In this document: positions 1 through 14,135 of the stretch, in pieces
Layout: every line of letters begins with the position of its first letter
How positions within the stretch are numbered: the first letter of the stretch is position 1
NCBI GenBank assembly: GCA_044892525.1
Contig: CM097886.1
Span: 6,014,001-6,078,000 of the forward strand
Length of the DNA: 64,000 bases
Origin: Schmidtea polychroa
Taxonomy: Eukaryota
Direction: 5' to 3'
Notes under the pieces: model-generated
What the model saw: only the letters and a program-made list of their open reading frames with translations
What the model was told of the DNA's origin: nothing
The model's database searches: none
Translations under genes and position numbers: made by a program

Positions 1-37
1 ACCATTCCCTTTATTATAATCGTTTTATGTAATAGAA

Positions 38-72
<35 letters not shown>

Positions 73-1429
73 AACAATAAATACTAACTAATTTAATTTT
101 TTGTTTAATTCTTATAAATAGCTAGACGAAACCACAGATGGGTTATCGAAACGGTTCCTAATTGTTTCCTTCTTTTGTTTTCTTCTCAAATGCTCCAATA
201 AATATCGGAGCTTATTTATAGTGTTGCGGTATAAAATTTCCACGAGATTCGTAAATTTTTCTTCAGATCAATAAAATAAATGTGGAATGTCAACTAAACT
301 GTAATTCGTCCAATGAGATAACAACTAGAAATTTTTCCCAATCTAATTTTAACTACTCCTTTTGATTCTTTCTGATCTACGATCTTTTTCTCTCTCCTCT
401 TCCAATCTAATTTTACTAGTATTTATATTAATTTATTTATTTTAAATCTATTAATAGTAATTATTTAATTACTATTTTTATTATATATTTTTAAACAATT
501 ACTATTTTTGTTACGAATCTATTTTTAGTAATTAATTATTATTTAATTCCAAAATTTTTGATTCCGGTTACTACTGAACCCCAACACAATGACAGATAAA
601 AATTTTAAATTTTGTGCAGTAAACTAATGAATTTAATTTTGTGACTTTAGAATATTCGAGAAAATCAAAAAAATAACAATGAAGACAAATTTCATTTTAA
701 ACTGTTATTTTGAGAGTTTTACCAGAGTTTAATTTTAGCTCTAATTTACAAATATCGAGAGAAATTTAAAATCAGTGTGAAAATCTGAAAGCATTTTATG
801 AATATTTGACATTTTTGTCAAAATATAAAAAGAATATGATAAATTTTGAGTCTTCTATAGATTTGCAGACCAACCTGTGTTATAGAAGGTTTTATTCAAT
901 GCGTGCGAGTGTAGTAGTGAATAAACAATTTACTTACCGGCAATCCCAGATTAAATTTATTAATCAAAATCCATAAATATATTATGGCAAGTCATTCGTA
1001 ACCGATATATTTAATCGGCATGAGTAGAGGGAAAGTAGGAGTATGACTCATGGGATATTTGGTTTGAAAGTAAAAACAATATATTTTATTCTGTTATATT
1101 CTAATTATATTTGAACATGTTATTTTTTAAAAATATATATTATAACATTAACATATGTTATTAATTTAAGTCCACTAGATTATCAAAATATATTCAAAAA
1201 ACTGATTGCATAATAATTGTGCTTTATCCAAACAACCGATTTAAATGGCGAGTTTATTAATTTAATGATAATTAGCGTGAAAGCATTTATACTTATAATA
1301 CTTGTACTATATAATAATATTTGTTACTTATAATACAATATGTATTTTATTTATAAATAAGTTATTTAAATATCTCTTAAAAGGTGTTAGCCATTCAACT
1401 TTGCGAATTACCCTTTTTCCATCTCTGTC

Positions 1430-1740
1430 TCGTAATTCATATCTATTTGCATGGGTCTTTCTAACAACAACAAAGAGTCTATGTACCGATCCTTTTCTTT
1501 TTTTCTCATATATACTTTAACTAAAACTTCTTCATTGATATCGAATTCTCGATGTATCCGGTTCTCATTTTTATATTTTAAATTTCTTTACACTTTCACC
1601 ATTTTACTTCTTTCGTTATATATTCTTTTATTATTGTTCCATTCTCTAGATATCCGGAAACCAAATACTGCTTTCGAGGGAGTCTTTCCAATTGTGTTTA
1701 GAATAGTAGCATTTAAAGTAAACTCATTCAACCCATAGGA
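1430..1740 (-). pseudogene. Degenerate Ty3/gypsy integrase C-terminal fragment
   Basis: Minus-strand translation YGLNEFTLNATILNTIGKTPSKAVFGFRISRE resembles EVEFTLNATKQKTTGKSPAEIVFGKKISRE in the intact Pol at 29634-32672; stops nearby. Confidence 0.55.
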
Positions 1741-1761
1741 ATCAAATATTGCACAAAATTA

Positions 1762-2400
1762 GATCTGATCAAAGCCTATCAGTAGATATCGATTGAGGAA
1801 GAAGACAAACGCAAAACCGCAGTGATAACGCCTTCTGATTATTTCCAATATAATATTGCACCATTTCAAACATTCTAGAAGTACGTTGACTACATCCTCA
1901 AAAACCTGCAATCATTTTGTGTCGCTTATGTAGATGATGTTTTAGTATTTTCCCATAGCCTAGAAGATCACAAATTTCAAGTCAGAACTGTTATCAAAAA
2001 TCTTTATGCAGCTGGCCTTAAAGTCAATGTCAGAAAATGTGAATTAGTAGATACAGTGTACCTGAAATTATCATTAGTGATCAAGGATTACAATTTAAAT
2101 CTACTCTGTTTAACAATTTGTGCAGAAATATGAGTATTGAACATGGAAGAACCATATTAACTATCCACATTGTATTGGAAAGGTTGACACATATGCCTCA
2201 AGAACTCACAACGAGGCTCATGAGGAAAATGCAAACTAGATATGGGCTAATGATCTTCCAACAAAACTAATGGGTATACGCGGCTGCTGTACCTCAAATA
2301 ATTCACCATCACGGGCTGAGCTCATGTTTTGGACTAAACTCAGATTACCCGCCGATAAATTAATAACAACATCAGAAATTGGTGGAGAATAATTAGATAT
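1762..2400 (+). pseudogene. Degenerate Ty3/gypsy pol remnant (RT and integrase pieces)
   Basis: Translates to DLIKAYQ*ISIEEEDKRKTAVITP, VAYVDDVLVFSHSLEDH and GLKVNVRKCE (RT motifs), then WANDLPTKLMGIR..SRAELMF..LRLP (integrase C-part); stops and frameshifts. Confidence 0.7.
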
Positions 2401-4661
2401 ATACCAATCATATACCAAAAGTATAGGAGAAAGTTTCAAAACAAAACTCTTACATACAGAAATGCAGCAAAGTCTGCCTACAGAAACCAATTACCAAAGG
2501 ATTGGATCTCCCATGGGATAACATGTTTACCGTCATTGAGAGATCACTAGACCTCAAAACATTCAAAATCAACAATAAACAACAATAACAAAATTGTCTC
2601 TGCTGATCGACTGTGAGTTATGTTGGATTTAATTAAGAAATTAATTTATTTCTCTAAATAATTCCAAATTTAATTAACGATTAAAAATAAATCCCATTTT
2701 GTTATACTAACCGGAATCGTGATAAAATAAACTTTTATCCCATAACTTCCCTTTCATTCATACATGTATCTATATAATTATTAATAGGTTATTGCATAAA
2801 AGTTTCCAACTTCATAATTGACCCATTACCTGCCAGATTTTAAAAAATAGTATTTTTTTGCGAAATTACTTTAATATTAATAAGTTATATAGTATAAGCA
2901 ATTTTAATAAAAAAAATTGCAAATTATTATTTTTACATTTAAAAATNNNNNNNNNNNNNNNNNNNNNNNNNNNNNNNNNNNNNNNNNNNNNNNNNNNNNN
3001 NNNNNNNNNNNNNNNNNNNNNNNNNNNNNNNNNNNNNNNNNNNNNNNNNNNNNNNNNNNNNNNNNNNNNNNNNNNNNNNNNNATTGAGACACAATATAAT
3101 ATATATTTAAGGAAACAACCAAAGTTATCGCAGTCTCAAATCTGAATTATGTGCAGGAAGAAATATATGATATTTGACCGTCGTCCCCAGAAAATGGCAT
3201 TGGTCTTTAAGCAAATTTCATTTACAAATTTGTTTATGTTCAAATAAATCTTACTCGTTACAATTGTAATAGGGTTTTGATTTTGTATTTGCTGCCGGAT
3301 AAATATAGCAAACGATACATTGGTCACCTGAACCAATTTGAATTCTTTGCTGAGTGGCCGCTGAATATTCCTGCCCTCGAATAGTCACATAAGGAGTACC
3401 TATGGTGTGAAATTTATCAAGTCATCATTAAACATGGAAATTAGTGAACCATATCTATAATAGCCGGTTCCCATGAATGCATTGCAAAATGAGACACTTA
3501 ATACAAATATTAGTAAAACAAAAACAATCGGTTTCATTTTATGGCTAAATGTATTTTGTTATGAATGCCTTAATATACTTTGCCACAGTCGTTACACATA
3601 TGTTGTTATTTACCCAGGGCGTGCTATGACACAAATGCGTTGATTAGGTCATGGGCTTGAATTATTTATTAATTTTTATGGATTTTCTATTAGTTTTCTA
3701 AACCAGGAATTTTGAGGGTAAATTGTATTAATTTCATCTTCCGCCAATCAGTTTTGTCGTTTTACACAAAATCTATTTTTCTACGAATTAATATAGAATG
3801 GAGGAGTTGTTTCGATTGATTGGAAAGTCTTTTAATGTTGATTATATTATTTATAAAATATAATTAAATGTATTAAGTCGAAAAGAAGGACTGATTCGGG
3901 AGAAAGTTTGCTGGTATATCCTCTGGCTGACAAATCTTCACACCATAATATTACTATTCATCTACAAAATCTTCTTTAATTTCTCTTTTATTTCTTTTAT
4001 TTAATTTATCCGAAATCGTAATTTCTTTAAAATAAGTAAAAGAAAATTTATCAGTAAAGGAAAGTGTGCAAAATGAAAAGTATTGAAGTCCCAACCTTCT
4101 TAGTTTTTTAGAATCACTTTTCAGGGTTTGTTCTAAGACCCGCCTTTTGAATTTTGTCCAGCACCAGGGGCTCCATGTCATATGTTTCTGGTGGTTTGAT
4201 AAAATTTGCAATCGTGGTCGCCATATTACGGTTGATTTCCTATAATAGTCATTAAAAAAAATTCTAATTCTTTTTCAGTCATTATAATCATTTTTTCACT
4301 CAATATAGTCATCAAAAAAAATTAATGTATTTTTATTATTCAATATAGTCAAAAACCAAATCTATTCGAAATACCAAATTTTAACTATCAATTTCAAGCA
4401 TCAAAAGTAGTTTAGAAATATACCTCAAATCTTTACTCTAAAAGTAGCTAGTAAATCAATCTGTTTTAATTCTATTAATATTCTTAGGCATTATGCTTGC
4501 AATACTCGTTCAAAGTCACATTCAAATGTATCTATTGTACAAAGGCCATTCTTTAAAATATCGGGTACAGTTTCTGGGTTCGAAAGAAGTTTTTCAAAAC
4601 TAAAAGAAAGAATATATGTTAGGATTAGGTCAAGATAATTAACGTCTAAATGATTTAAAAT

Positions 4662-5692
4662 TGTTGGGTTTTTGGTTAATTTAAGTCGGTTACCTCTGAC
4701 TCCTCGAGTCCTTTAAATCAAAACAATAACGACCCAACGTATATTGAAATAGCAAAATTCACAATCTTCTCTCAACACTTTACAATCAATAATCGAAGTT
4801 ACGTTTGACCGATTCTCAGAACGGCGTTGATGCTTTGTAAATAGATAATATTCACCTTTTATTTCTTTAGATTCTCTTGACCCACGTTTTCCTATTTTTC
4901 TGTTGATTTGATTCTTTTTCACCTTTCCGTATTCCTATTCTATATCTTTTCCCTAATCTCCTTAATTCGTTTTACCTATTCCTAACTCGGTTTCTTCTAA
5001 CCCTAGCTGAGGCAAAATGCCGATTTGCTCTGATTTTCCCTTTCCTTAAATACTCCTCGAAATCGGGATGACAAATGGTTATTGCCGAGCCAATCTTTCT
5101 CTTGACATTTGCTTCCATGTATCTGCTTCGGCTGTCACCCATAATGGTCCAACGACCCAAGATAATTAATGGCCCGTCCGGCCTTTCTACACGCACTATC
5201 TTCTCCTTGCTCTTTTCCACTTAATCATTGTGTCAAGCTAATGGGTCCAAATCTTCCTTCTGTTTACTTTTCTTCTTGTTTACCCAGCTCGGGTTTCCTT
5301 CATCTCCCATTAGCTCGGGTTTTCTATTAGCCAATTAATTAATTAATTAACGTTTTCTGTTTTAACACATTTGAATGTTTTTCGACCCTTCCTAACCATT
5401 TTCTGATAAATCCCTAATCATCATCTTGTTGACCATTATCTACTCTATACCTGTCCCGTTTTCCCAATTCGATTTCGATGATTTTACAATTTATTGATTT
5501 TTCTCGGATTTCCGGATTCTTGCCTTTCGTAATTGCTTTTCGCATTTTCTAATACTGCTTCCATCGTACTTTCCTTTACTATCAATTCTGTGCATGATCA
5601 CGCTTTTATTTGTCTTTTTTCTTCCCTTACTTTTTATTTAAATTATTAACCTAAATTTCATTTCAATTTATTTTAATTTACGGACCTCAGCA
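4662..5692 (-). mobile_element. Solo LTR (1031 bp), same family as the LTRs at 36280-37325 and 46935-47983
   Basis: TGTTGGG...CCTCAGCA termini, 4-bp TSD AAAT on both sides (4658-4661, 5693-5696), collinear with the other copies. Strand assigned from PBS/PPT of the full element. Confidence 0.85.
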
Positions 5693-7782
5693 AAATTAAA
5701 AATAGTATTTAAATATATTTTGAAAAAATTTATAAATAAATAATAAATATAATTGAAAGGGTAGAATTCTCATTGAAATAAAAAGAAAATAAACTGCTAA
5801 TAAACATTTAGATCATAATATCAAAGGATGTAAAACTTTTCGATAAACGTTTCTATAAATTTATAAATATTTAAATTTATACATAGACAAATATCAAATT
5901 TATTTATTTTAGTCGCACCCCACTATACGAACCTAGCATATATATGATGTCCTGCAGTTAGTCCGTGTATTGAGAACCTCGCTTACTAGGACCGGCTCGC
6001 TGAAACATTACATTTTGTTCATAAATCATCTTTCATATTTGCATAATTATCACAATAAAAAGATGGTACAATGAAATATTTATTAAAATAAAATTGAAAA
6101 TTTATTATTAACATTGTGATTTGTATATAACTTTCCCACTTGCAGTCTTTGTCTTAACGGGTCTGAACATTCATTTTAATTATTTTATTTACTTCACCAC
6201 CAAACTTACTCTAGACAGTTGTAGACTGGATTTGGATTATCTTTTCTTGGCTGAATTTTACACAAAATACATTTATCCCCCGTCCCAATCATGAGACTTC
6301 TTTGAGAATCAGCACCATATTCGATTCCACTAATCGTTACATACTGTTTTCCTAAATGAAATGCTTTCTTATTCTGCATTCTAATTCATTAGTTTACCTT
6401 TTCTTACAACTCCAACTCCGGCGAAATCAGACAAAATGGTTGAAATACTCAACAATGTCAACGTCAATATTAATATTAAATTCATGATTTGCAAATCCCT
6501 TGAAGTATGAAATCCTGATATTTCCCAACTTATAAATAGCATGAACTAGAAACATGTGTTGATTCAGCTTATTGTTTAATCTACTCTTCATAAAATATCG
6601 ACCTATTAATATTTTAATCTTTNNNNNNNNNNNNNNNNNNNNNNNNNNNNNNNNNNNNNNNNNNNNNNNNNNNNNNNNNNNNNNNNNNNNNNNNNNNNNN
6701 NNNNNNNNNNNNNNNNNNNNNNNNNNNNNNNNNNNNNNNNNNNNNNNNNNNNNNNNNNNNNNNNNNNNNNNNNNNNNNNNNNNNNNNNNNNNNNNNNNNN
6801 NNNNNNNNNNNNNNNNNNNNNNNNNNNNNNNNNNNNNNNNNNNNNNNNNNNNNNNNNNNNNNNNNNNNNNNNNNNNNNNNNNNNNNNNNNNNNNNNNNNN
6901 NNNNNNNNNNNNNNNNNNNNNNNNNNNNNNNNNNNNNNNNNNNNNNNNNNNNNNNNNNNNNNNNNNNNNNNNNNNNNNNNNNNNNNNNNNNNNNNNNNNN
7001 NNNNNNNNNNNNNNNNNNNNNNNNNNNNNNNNNNNNNNNNNNNNNNNNNNNNNNNNNNNNNNNNNNNNNNNNNNNNNNNNNNNNNNNNNCTCAATGATTC
7101 TCAATCTTTTTGACTTGCGGAGCACTAAATGAATTTTAAATTTTTCATTGCATTTATATTCGTTTTCAAATTTATATTAAAATATTTTTAGTGCAAAAAA
7201 ATAATCATTAAAAACACTCCTAATTTTTCGAATCATCCTACATGAAAAATGTGTGTTCTTTGACAAAAGACAAGATTATTGAGGAAATCAAGGAAAAGAT
7301 TTCTTTTCGATACTCTTTGTATCTTTCTAAGGAATATTTTTGAAAAACATTGAGAACACTTAATAATTAATCCAAACATTCTTCATGAAAAGTTGCGTTT
7401 TAATTACAAATAACAAGAATCTCAAATAAAATCCTCGAAAAGTTTCTTAGTTCTCTTTGGAATTAGGAAAAGATCAAATTAATCGAGGGTTGTCTGTAAT
7501 TACTTTTTTATTATTATTATTTTTTTTATTTTTATTATAATTCTTATAAGACATTAACCCCATACAGCACTTGTGTGAATAGATTTTTCCAGATGTTGTG
7601 ATTGGAATTTCTTTAGAATTTTTCCTTGATCACATAATTGACTACTTGATTCAAAACATTTAAATAAACAGTAGAAAATATTAAGAAACAATTTTATATT
7701 ATCTTTTTCTTTAAATATAACGTAAAACAATTGGTTGTGTCAATATACAGTTCGGTCAGTTTAGGATTCATTAGCTCGTTCT

Positions 7783-7854
7783 TTATCCTGTCAAAGGCTT
7801 TTTAATTTGCAGCTTCTTTTTTTTCATCCTTCGATTCTGGAACCAAACTTTGAT
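7783..7854 (-). CDS. Post2: Post2 Hox gene, last exon (homeodomain helix 3)
   Basis: ttccag acceptor followed by IKVWFQNRRMKKKKLQIKKPLTG*; phase 0, completes the homeodomain begun at 10300-10438. Confidence 0.88.
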   Translation of the reverse strand: MKVWFQNRRMKKKKLQIKKPLTG

Positions 7855-8002
7855 CTGGAAAATGAAAAATTTAATTAATTTTTATTCTGTAAAACAAAAA
7901 GCGTAAACCTTTATTGCATTATGGTTGGTCGAATGCAAAACACAAAGTTTTATATTTATTGAATTAATTTTAAATATATAGTTGTCATCTAGGTACTTTT
8001 AA

Positions 8003-8444
8003 ATGGTTACATGACAAAATTACACAAGACGAAATTACACAAGACGAAATTACACGGGATGAAATTACACTGAGACGAAATTACACAGGATGAAATTGCA
8101 CTGAGACGAAATTACACGGGATGAAATTGCACTGAGACGAAATTACACGGGATGAAATTACACAAGACGAAATTACACTAAAAAATAGTAAGAAACAAAA
8201 TTAAAAAAAATAGTTTAAATTTTAATAAAAAGTTTTAATATAAAAATTAGTAAAAAGTTTTAAAAAATTAGTAAAAGTTAAGTATTAAATTTTTACTAAT
8301 TTTTTATACTATTTTCTACTAATTTTTTTTCTACTTTTTTCGTCTTGTGTAATTTCGTCTTGTGTAATTTCATCCCGTGTAATTTCGTCTTGTGTAATTT
8401 CGTCTTGTGTAATTTCGTCTTGTGTAATTTTGTCATGTAACCAT
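8003..8444. mobile_element. Foldback-type MITE with subterminal repeat arrays
   Basis: Inverted termini ATGGTTACATGAC/GTCATGTAACCAT; about 11 left and 6 right inverted copies of a 15-16 bp unit GAYGAAATTACACNN; TAA flanks both ends (8000-8002, 8445-8447). Confidence 0.85.
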
Positions 8445-10299
8445 TAAAATAATATGTTAACAAAAGTAATATTTATGATATATTTTTAACATATTTTGTC
8501 AATTTAGGTCAATTTAGTTGATGACGTATATATTCGTCATAGCCACTTAAGAGTTTAAGAGTTCTATGATGACGGTATTTAAAAATTAAAAATTAATTAA
8601 TTAAATAAATTCATTAATCAAACAAGCAAGTTCCCGAGCTTGATAGTCGTGACATTGAACTCGGATTAAATTTATTGAAAATCCATGCAAATAACAAAAA
8701 AATAATGATACAATTAGTATTTCCAATATGTTCGAAGAAAAAAAAGAATTATTAAACATGAATAAACGACTAACTTATTGTTATAAAGAATTAATATATT
8801 TTTATTCGTCGGTGCGGATTCAAATTTACATTTGTCTTCTGTAGTGTTACTTGTTCATAGTTCAAACAAAAATGGATTAGCGTAGAACTTCTTACAAAAT
8901 TATGAATGTTGTCATAGAATAAACAGAAAATCATGTCACAAGTTGTTTTTATGAACTTCGAGGAATAGCTAAATTTCAAAGTTTTGCACTTTTAATATTC
9001 CAATCAATTATTCCAATTTATAGTCTGCTGTTCGCTCTATTCCTCACTATGAAACATCCCACATCTTTACCTTTATATAAATTTGAAGATTCCAATGTTT
9101 CGATATTCAAAATTACGAGACTGCCTATATAATGGATGTGTGATTCTCCGGAATGAATATACTTCCATCTATTTATTTATTTCAAAATTCTGATTTGATA
9201 TTCGAGATCAGCTGGCCAAATTACCATAGATGGTCTTGTTTCATTCGATAAAGAATTTTAAAGTTGAAATATTTGTTTTAATTAAGCTATTTCAAATTTC
9301 ATTTAACAAACTATTTAAATTAATCATATACTTGTTGGAAAGATTTTGTTTAATGTGCAATTAGAAAAATTTATGACTCCCATGTTTCTAAGGTTTTATT
9401 CACCAACTACTTATTATTTATAAGTAATTGATGATATTATTATTAAAACAAATATATACTTAAAATCGCATTAATCAAGTTTATGGTCATTATTAGAGAA
9501 AATAAAGCTACAATGCAATTGTTTTTTTAAAATTTATTTCTATGAGATAAGTGAATGAAAATTTCAAAAGAAAAGTCATTCATTTAAACAAAATAAACAT
9601 ATTATTATTATTAAATTTTAAGCTACCTATATTGACATGATGATGATGGGAAATGAAGTTGGTATTTGGTAACCATTGGGGACTAGGTGCATCTCCCAGC
9701 TTCCACAAAAATCCCATTAATAATTCACGGGCAATTCTTTACATGAACATTATTTCTGTGTACTGGACAAAATCTATGAAATCTTCCTATGTTTTTGGAA
9801 TAAAATGAAATATTGAATTAAAACAATTGTTTCATATAAAGTCATTGATGTTAATAATAAAAAGTATTCAGTTGAAAAATTAATGAAGTTACGGAACACA
9901 ACCACCCAAGAGATTTGACGTGTACGTACACAAGATATCTAAATTGGAATTGAATACGTAGATTATACGTATGTTTTTTATTGTTTTCTTTTATTTTACA
10001 ACAGACAATCCATCTGGTTAATTTTATGAAGTAGCCGCACATAATTATTGGTACGCTGCTGAGTCAACGCTGTATATATTTTTTATTATTTTTAATGGTA
10101 TTAGTTTCTATACAAGATTCAGGCAGCACAAATGCTATCAATAAATAATTAAATAGTCATTAAAATTTCATTTTTCGCAGTAAAATTTTCATCACATAAA
10201 CTAATGAGATTGTTGATGAGGTTACGGAATCTCGTAGTTTTATTTAAATGCAATTGTTTGTTTAAATTATATACAAATATTAAGCATATATTATTTTAC

Positions 10300-10438
10300 C
10301 TGTCGTTCGGAGAGGTTCAGTTTGCAGGAAATCTCCCACCGTTTTTGACGAGTAATGTAGGAATTGCTATTAAATTCTGATTCAAGAACCAAATTTTGGT
10401 ATCGGGTGTATGGCTTCCGTTTTTTTCTGCATCTGTTA
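10300..10438 (-). CDS. Post2: Post2 Hox gene, homeobox exon (5' end hidden in the N-gap)
   Basis: [46 protein letters not shown] then GT donor. [11 protein letters not shown] and [14 protein letters not shown] are the lophotrochozoan Post2 (Abd-B class) signature. Missed by the ORF track. Confidence 0.9.
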
Positions 10439-10861
10439 NNNNNNNNNNNNNNNNNNNNNNNNNNNNNNNNNNNNNNNNNNNNNNNNNNNNNNNNNNNNNN
10501 NNNNNNNNNNNNNNNNNNNNNNNNNNNNNNNNNNNNNNNNNNNNNNNNNNNNNNNNNNNNNNNNNNNNNNNNNNNNNNNNNNNNNNNNNNNNNNNNNNNN
10601 NNNNNNNNNNNNNNNNNNNNNNNNNNNNNNNNNNNNNNNNNNNNNNNNNNNNNNNNNNNNNNNNNNNNNNNNNNNNNNNNNNNNNNNNNNNNNNNNNNNN
10701 NNNNNNNNNNNNNNNNNNNNNNNNNNNNNNNNNNNNNNNNNNNNNNNNNNNNNNNNNNNNNNNNNNNNNNNNNNNNNNNNNNNNNNNNNNNNNNNNNNNN
10801 NNNNNNNAAAAAAATGTAAACAAACTGTCGGTAAACTGAAACGATGAAAATCTTTACTTAC

Positions 10862-11570
10862 ATTCAGCTGGATATTCTTGTTCCATTATTGGATTTTCCA
10901 TTTTGAATCTGGCTAGCATCATTGCATCTTGAATTATTTCTCGACCAGGGTTGCATTCGAAAACGCCAGCTCCTAAATTATATGAAGGAAAAGATCCGAT
11001 AGTATTCATGTCAATTGGATATGACAAATGAACAGGAGGTTTCAATGAATGCTCCCATGAATTATGTTCAATGTTTACTGATGAATCGTCATACAGTGAT
11101 GGTGGTACATTAGATGGAAATGTAAATCCTCTATAGGAAAAGGAAGTGTTTGTCATTTGATTCAAATTTGCAATTTGAGATGTTATATATGGATATTGGA
11201 AACCTGATAAATTGTTGGTAGATTCGATGTACGGATAAATCATTGGTTTTGTTGGTGATGAGGGCGATGGAGAAAATATATTCATCATCGCTTGGTTACT
11301 CGAACTTGATTTATACGGAAATTCATCTTGAAATGTGCTATCATTATCTTTCCACAAACTCATGTGGTCTTGATTCGGTCTCCAATGGAATCCTCCTCCT
11401 ATTGATGTTGATCCGTATTTTTCATTTTCACTGACAGCAGACTTAAATAAACTGTCACAAATAGGAGGAAGTGGTTCATCTAAAAATGAACTTGACTGTT
11501 GTTGAGCATCCTGTTCCGTGTATTGATGAAATGGATTTGTCGACGAAAAATCAAACTGATTGCTTTGCAT
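10862..11570 (-). CDS. Post2: Probable first coding exon of Post2 (S/P/N-rich N-terminal region)
   Basis: 238-aa ORF from ATG ending at a perfect GTAAGT donor (phase 1), about 420 bp upstream of the homeobox exon on the same strand; the junction itself lies in the gap. Confidence 0.7.
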
Positions 11571-13548
11571 GTGATCTATCGTATATAAGTAGAAAAGAAC
11601 GACAATAAAACTTGTTATGATTCAAACTCTAGGGAGCGTAATCATCAAAATACAATAAAACCTGAAAAATGAGAACCGTTGAATTTTTATCGCGCTTGAT
11701 ACACACAAACGCTAGTGATGCTGCGATTGACTGGTTGCTACACACTGCGTTATCTCGTGCCATCATCTGCAATTTTATTGGTCGATGGTAATTAAACTAT
11801 ATATTAGACATACCGATAAACTTTATCAGCGTGTTCTTCGGACTTACCAAAAAGCATTCATGAAATTTATTGTTAGAATAGTTTTTATCATTTTTATTTA
11901 ATATAATTAAATAATTTTCTCGAGTCGAAAAACAATTATCAAACATGTTTGATGCAATGTATGAAATTGTTTTTTCCTCCTGAGAGAGATAACCGGCTAC
12001 AGTAACCGCCTAATTAAAAAAAACTGCTCTTTTAACTAACATCAGGTCAATTCAACTCCCTACATACAATCTCTCGCCTATCCTATCTTGCGAATATATC
12101 GTAACTCAGTTTAATCCATAAGTGTACTCAGTTTTCCTATTAAAGTATTAACAAATCTATGATTACCGGATTTACCATTTAGAAATAATTGGTCTTCCAT
12201 TGAAAACTTTTTGTTACACCAGTAAAAGCCTTTAAATTTAAAAATGGATTAGGAAACTTTTAATGAATCTTTTAAACAATTTGGTGTTTTAATATAATTT
12301 GATTGTATTTTTTTTTTGAAACACCGGTTGGCAATGAACCTGGAGAGAGTGTAAAGCTATGAAGCTTCCATTGTCATTTCAATATCAAAAAACTGGAAAT
12401 ATTTACTGATTATATTCAGAAGTTGTAAGAATTTATTCCTGAGTATTGTAAAGAATAGTGTTTCTGTTTTTATATTTCTCTGAGTGGGAACCAAATATCT
12501 ATTTACATGTCAAATTATTTGATAGATGATTATTCACGGTTTCCAAAGCCGTATAAATATTTTTTGTAGTTTGGTGAGAAAACTCGAACTGTATTCGATT
12601 AAGTATTTATCGTGAAATTAAAAAAGATTTTAAAATTCGATTTTTAATTTTTTCGCCCATGACGACACCAAATCCTCATGCGCGTGGGAAACTGAAGAAA
12701 TTGTATGATTCTTGATTGAGACCAGAGAAGTTCCTTGCTTCCTACAGCATAATACAGTCTATTAATACCACAGTTTTAATGAATGGGATGCCACGCAATA
12801 CATACTATACTGTCTGTGAGAATATAATTAAATTAATTAATTTAATTAGTAATTAAATAAATAATTAAATAAATACAAGTTAAATAAAGTATTAAATGAA
12901 TGTATGTTATGGATTGATGTGGTATGCAAATTCCTTATGCTTACATTACTCGACGTTGAATAAAAATCCTAGTGTGGATTTGTTTAAATATTGCAAATAA
13001 AGTGCAATGTTTTTGAATTTAATAAATATTAGTATTTTATTATGGATGTTATAAATACCAAAAATATAACAACTAACACTGTCAAAGAAAAATTTTCATG
13101 AATAAGGTTTTGTGATTCTTTCTATTTTTCTACCATTATCATTATCAGTAGGAGAATGTGAGGACTCGAGAAACATTATATCTCATACTATCTTTCAATA
13201 TCATCGACGTATCGCTAAAACTAGGACACTGTCATAAAATTTGTTTAAATAAAAGTCATTTTTATTCTCATCAATGAAATTTTGTTATAATAAGTTGAAC
13301 TTTGAGTTAGAATTATTGAAACTTTTCGTTTTATTACATTTTAAATTTAGTATAACATAAATATTGCATTAATTTAAATATTATAATTCCAAGTACATAA
13401 CAATGAATATCCCTCATATGATATGAGTCATATCTGTCCTCAAGTTCTTGATAACCTATGGTGAAGGAATTGGTTAATATTAGTGAGTCTCAACCTTTTT
13501 GTCTGCTATGCCTGCAGGCTCTTCGGCAACAGCTATCATCTTCTTTGG

Positions 13549-14135
13549 CTACCTATAGCGAGTGTATTCATTTTTTTCGGTGTCAACTTCTAGATGGAAC
13601 GCGTTGAAATAGTTTTGCTCCATTGCTGTAAAATACCCACCAGAAACTCGATGATAAAGCACATGTCGAACTCGAAGGCGAAGTTCAAGTTGTAATGATG
13701 GGCATCGAGCTGCCGGAAGAGCTTTGGACACTTTCCATTTACTGTCACACGAGTTTAGGAGAGTCTTTGATGTGATGGATTATATTCTGAAATCGAGCCT
13801 CGCAGAGATTTTCCCGAATGTGGTGGTCGCTTTGCGAATAATGCTTTCGATGCCTGTGAGCGTCGCAAGCAGAGAGCACAGTTTCTCTAAATTGCAGCTC
13901 ATCAATCATATTTTCGCTCAACTACAGCACAGGACAGGCTTTCTGGATTACCAATGATATCATCGAACATGAACTAAGTTCTGAGCTTGATTATTCTCAA
14001 TTGACCGACACAAGGCGCAATATATAGATGGGACAAATTCGATAAAATAAATTCAATTTTAGAAATGCTTGGCGGTCGCATAAACATGTATAATGAGCCG
14101 CAAGCGGCTCGCAGAATGTGATTGGCAATTACCCA
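13549..14135 (+). mobile_element. hAT transposon remnant (C-terminal dimerization domain plus right end)
   Basis: EIFPNVVVALRIMLSMPVSVASREHSFSKLQLI matches the hAT dimerization motif (P.S.AS.ERSFS.L); GCGGCTCGC subterminal motif downstream. Confidence 0.7.

Noticed and set aside
3130-3430. Helitron helicase remnant
   Set aside because: Only a vague resemblance to the HGQLYVA motif, with many stops.
8013-8435. CRISPR-like repeat array
   Set aside because: Units are directly adjacent with no unique spacers, arranged as inverted arms of a MITE in a eukaryotic genome.
9640-9800. Nanos-like zinc-finger exon (FCPVHRNNVHVKNCP)
   Set aside because: Stops in frame, wrong Cys/His spacing, and it lies inside the Post2 intron.
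2858-10847. ORFs spanning the N-runs in the ORF track
   Set aside because: Artefacts of assembly gaps.
11773-11781. TTTTATTGG Abd-B/Cdx-type site upstream of Post2
   Set aside because: Expected by chance in sequence this AT-rich; no conservation data available.
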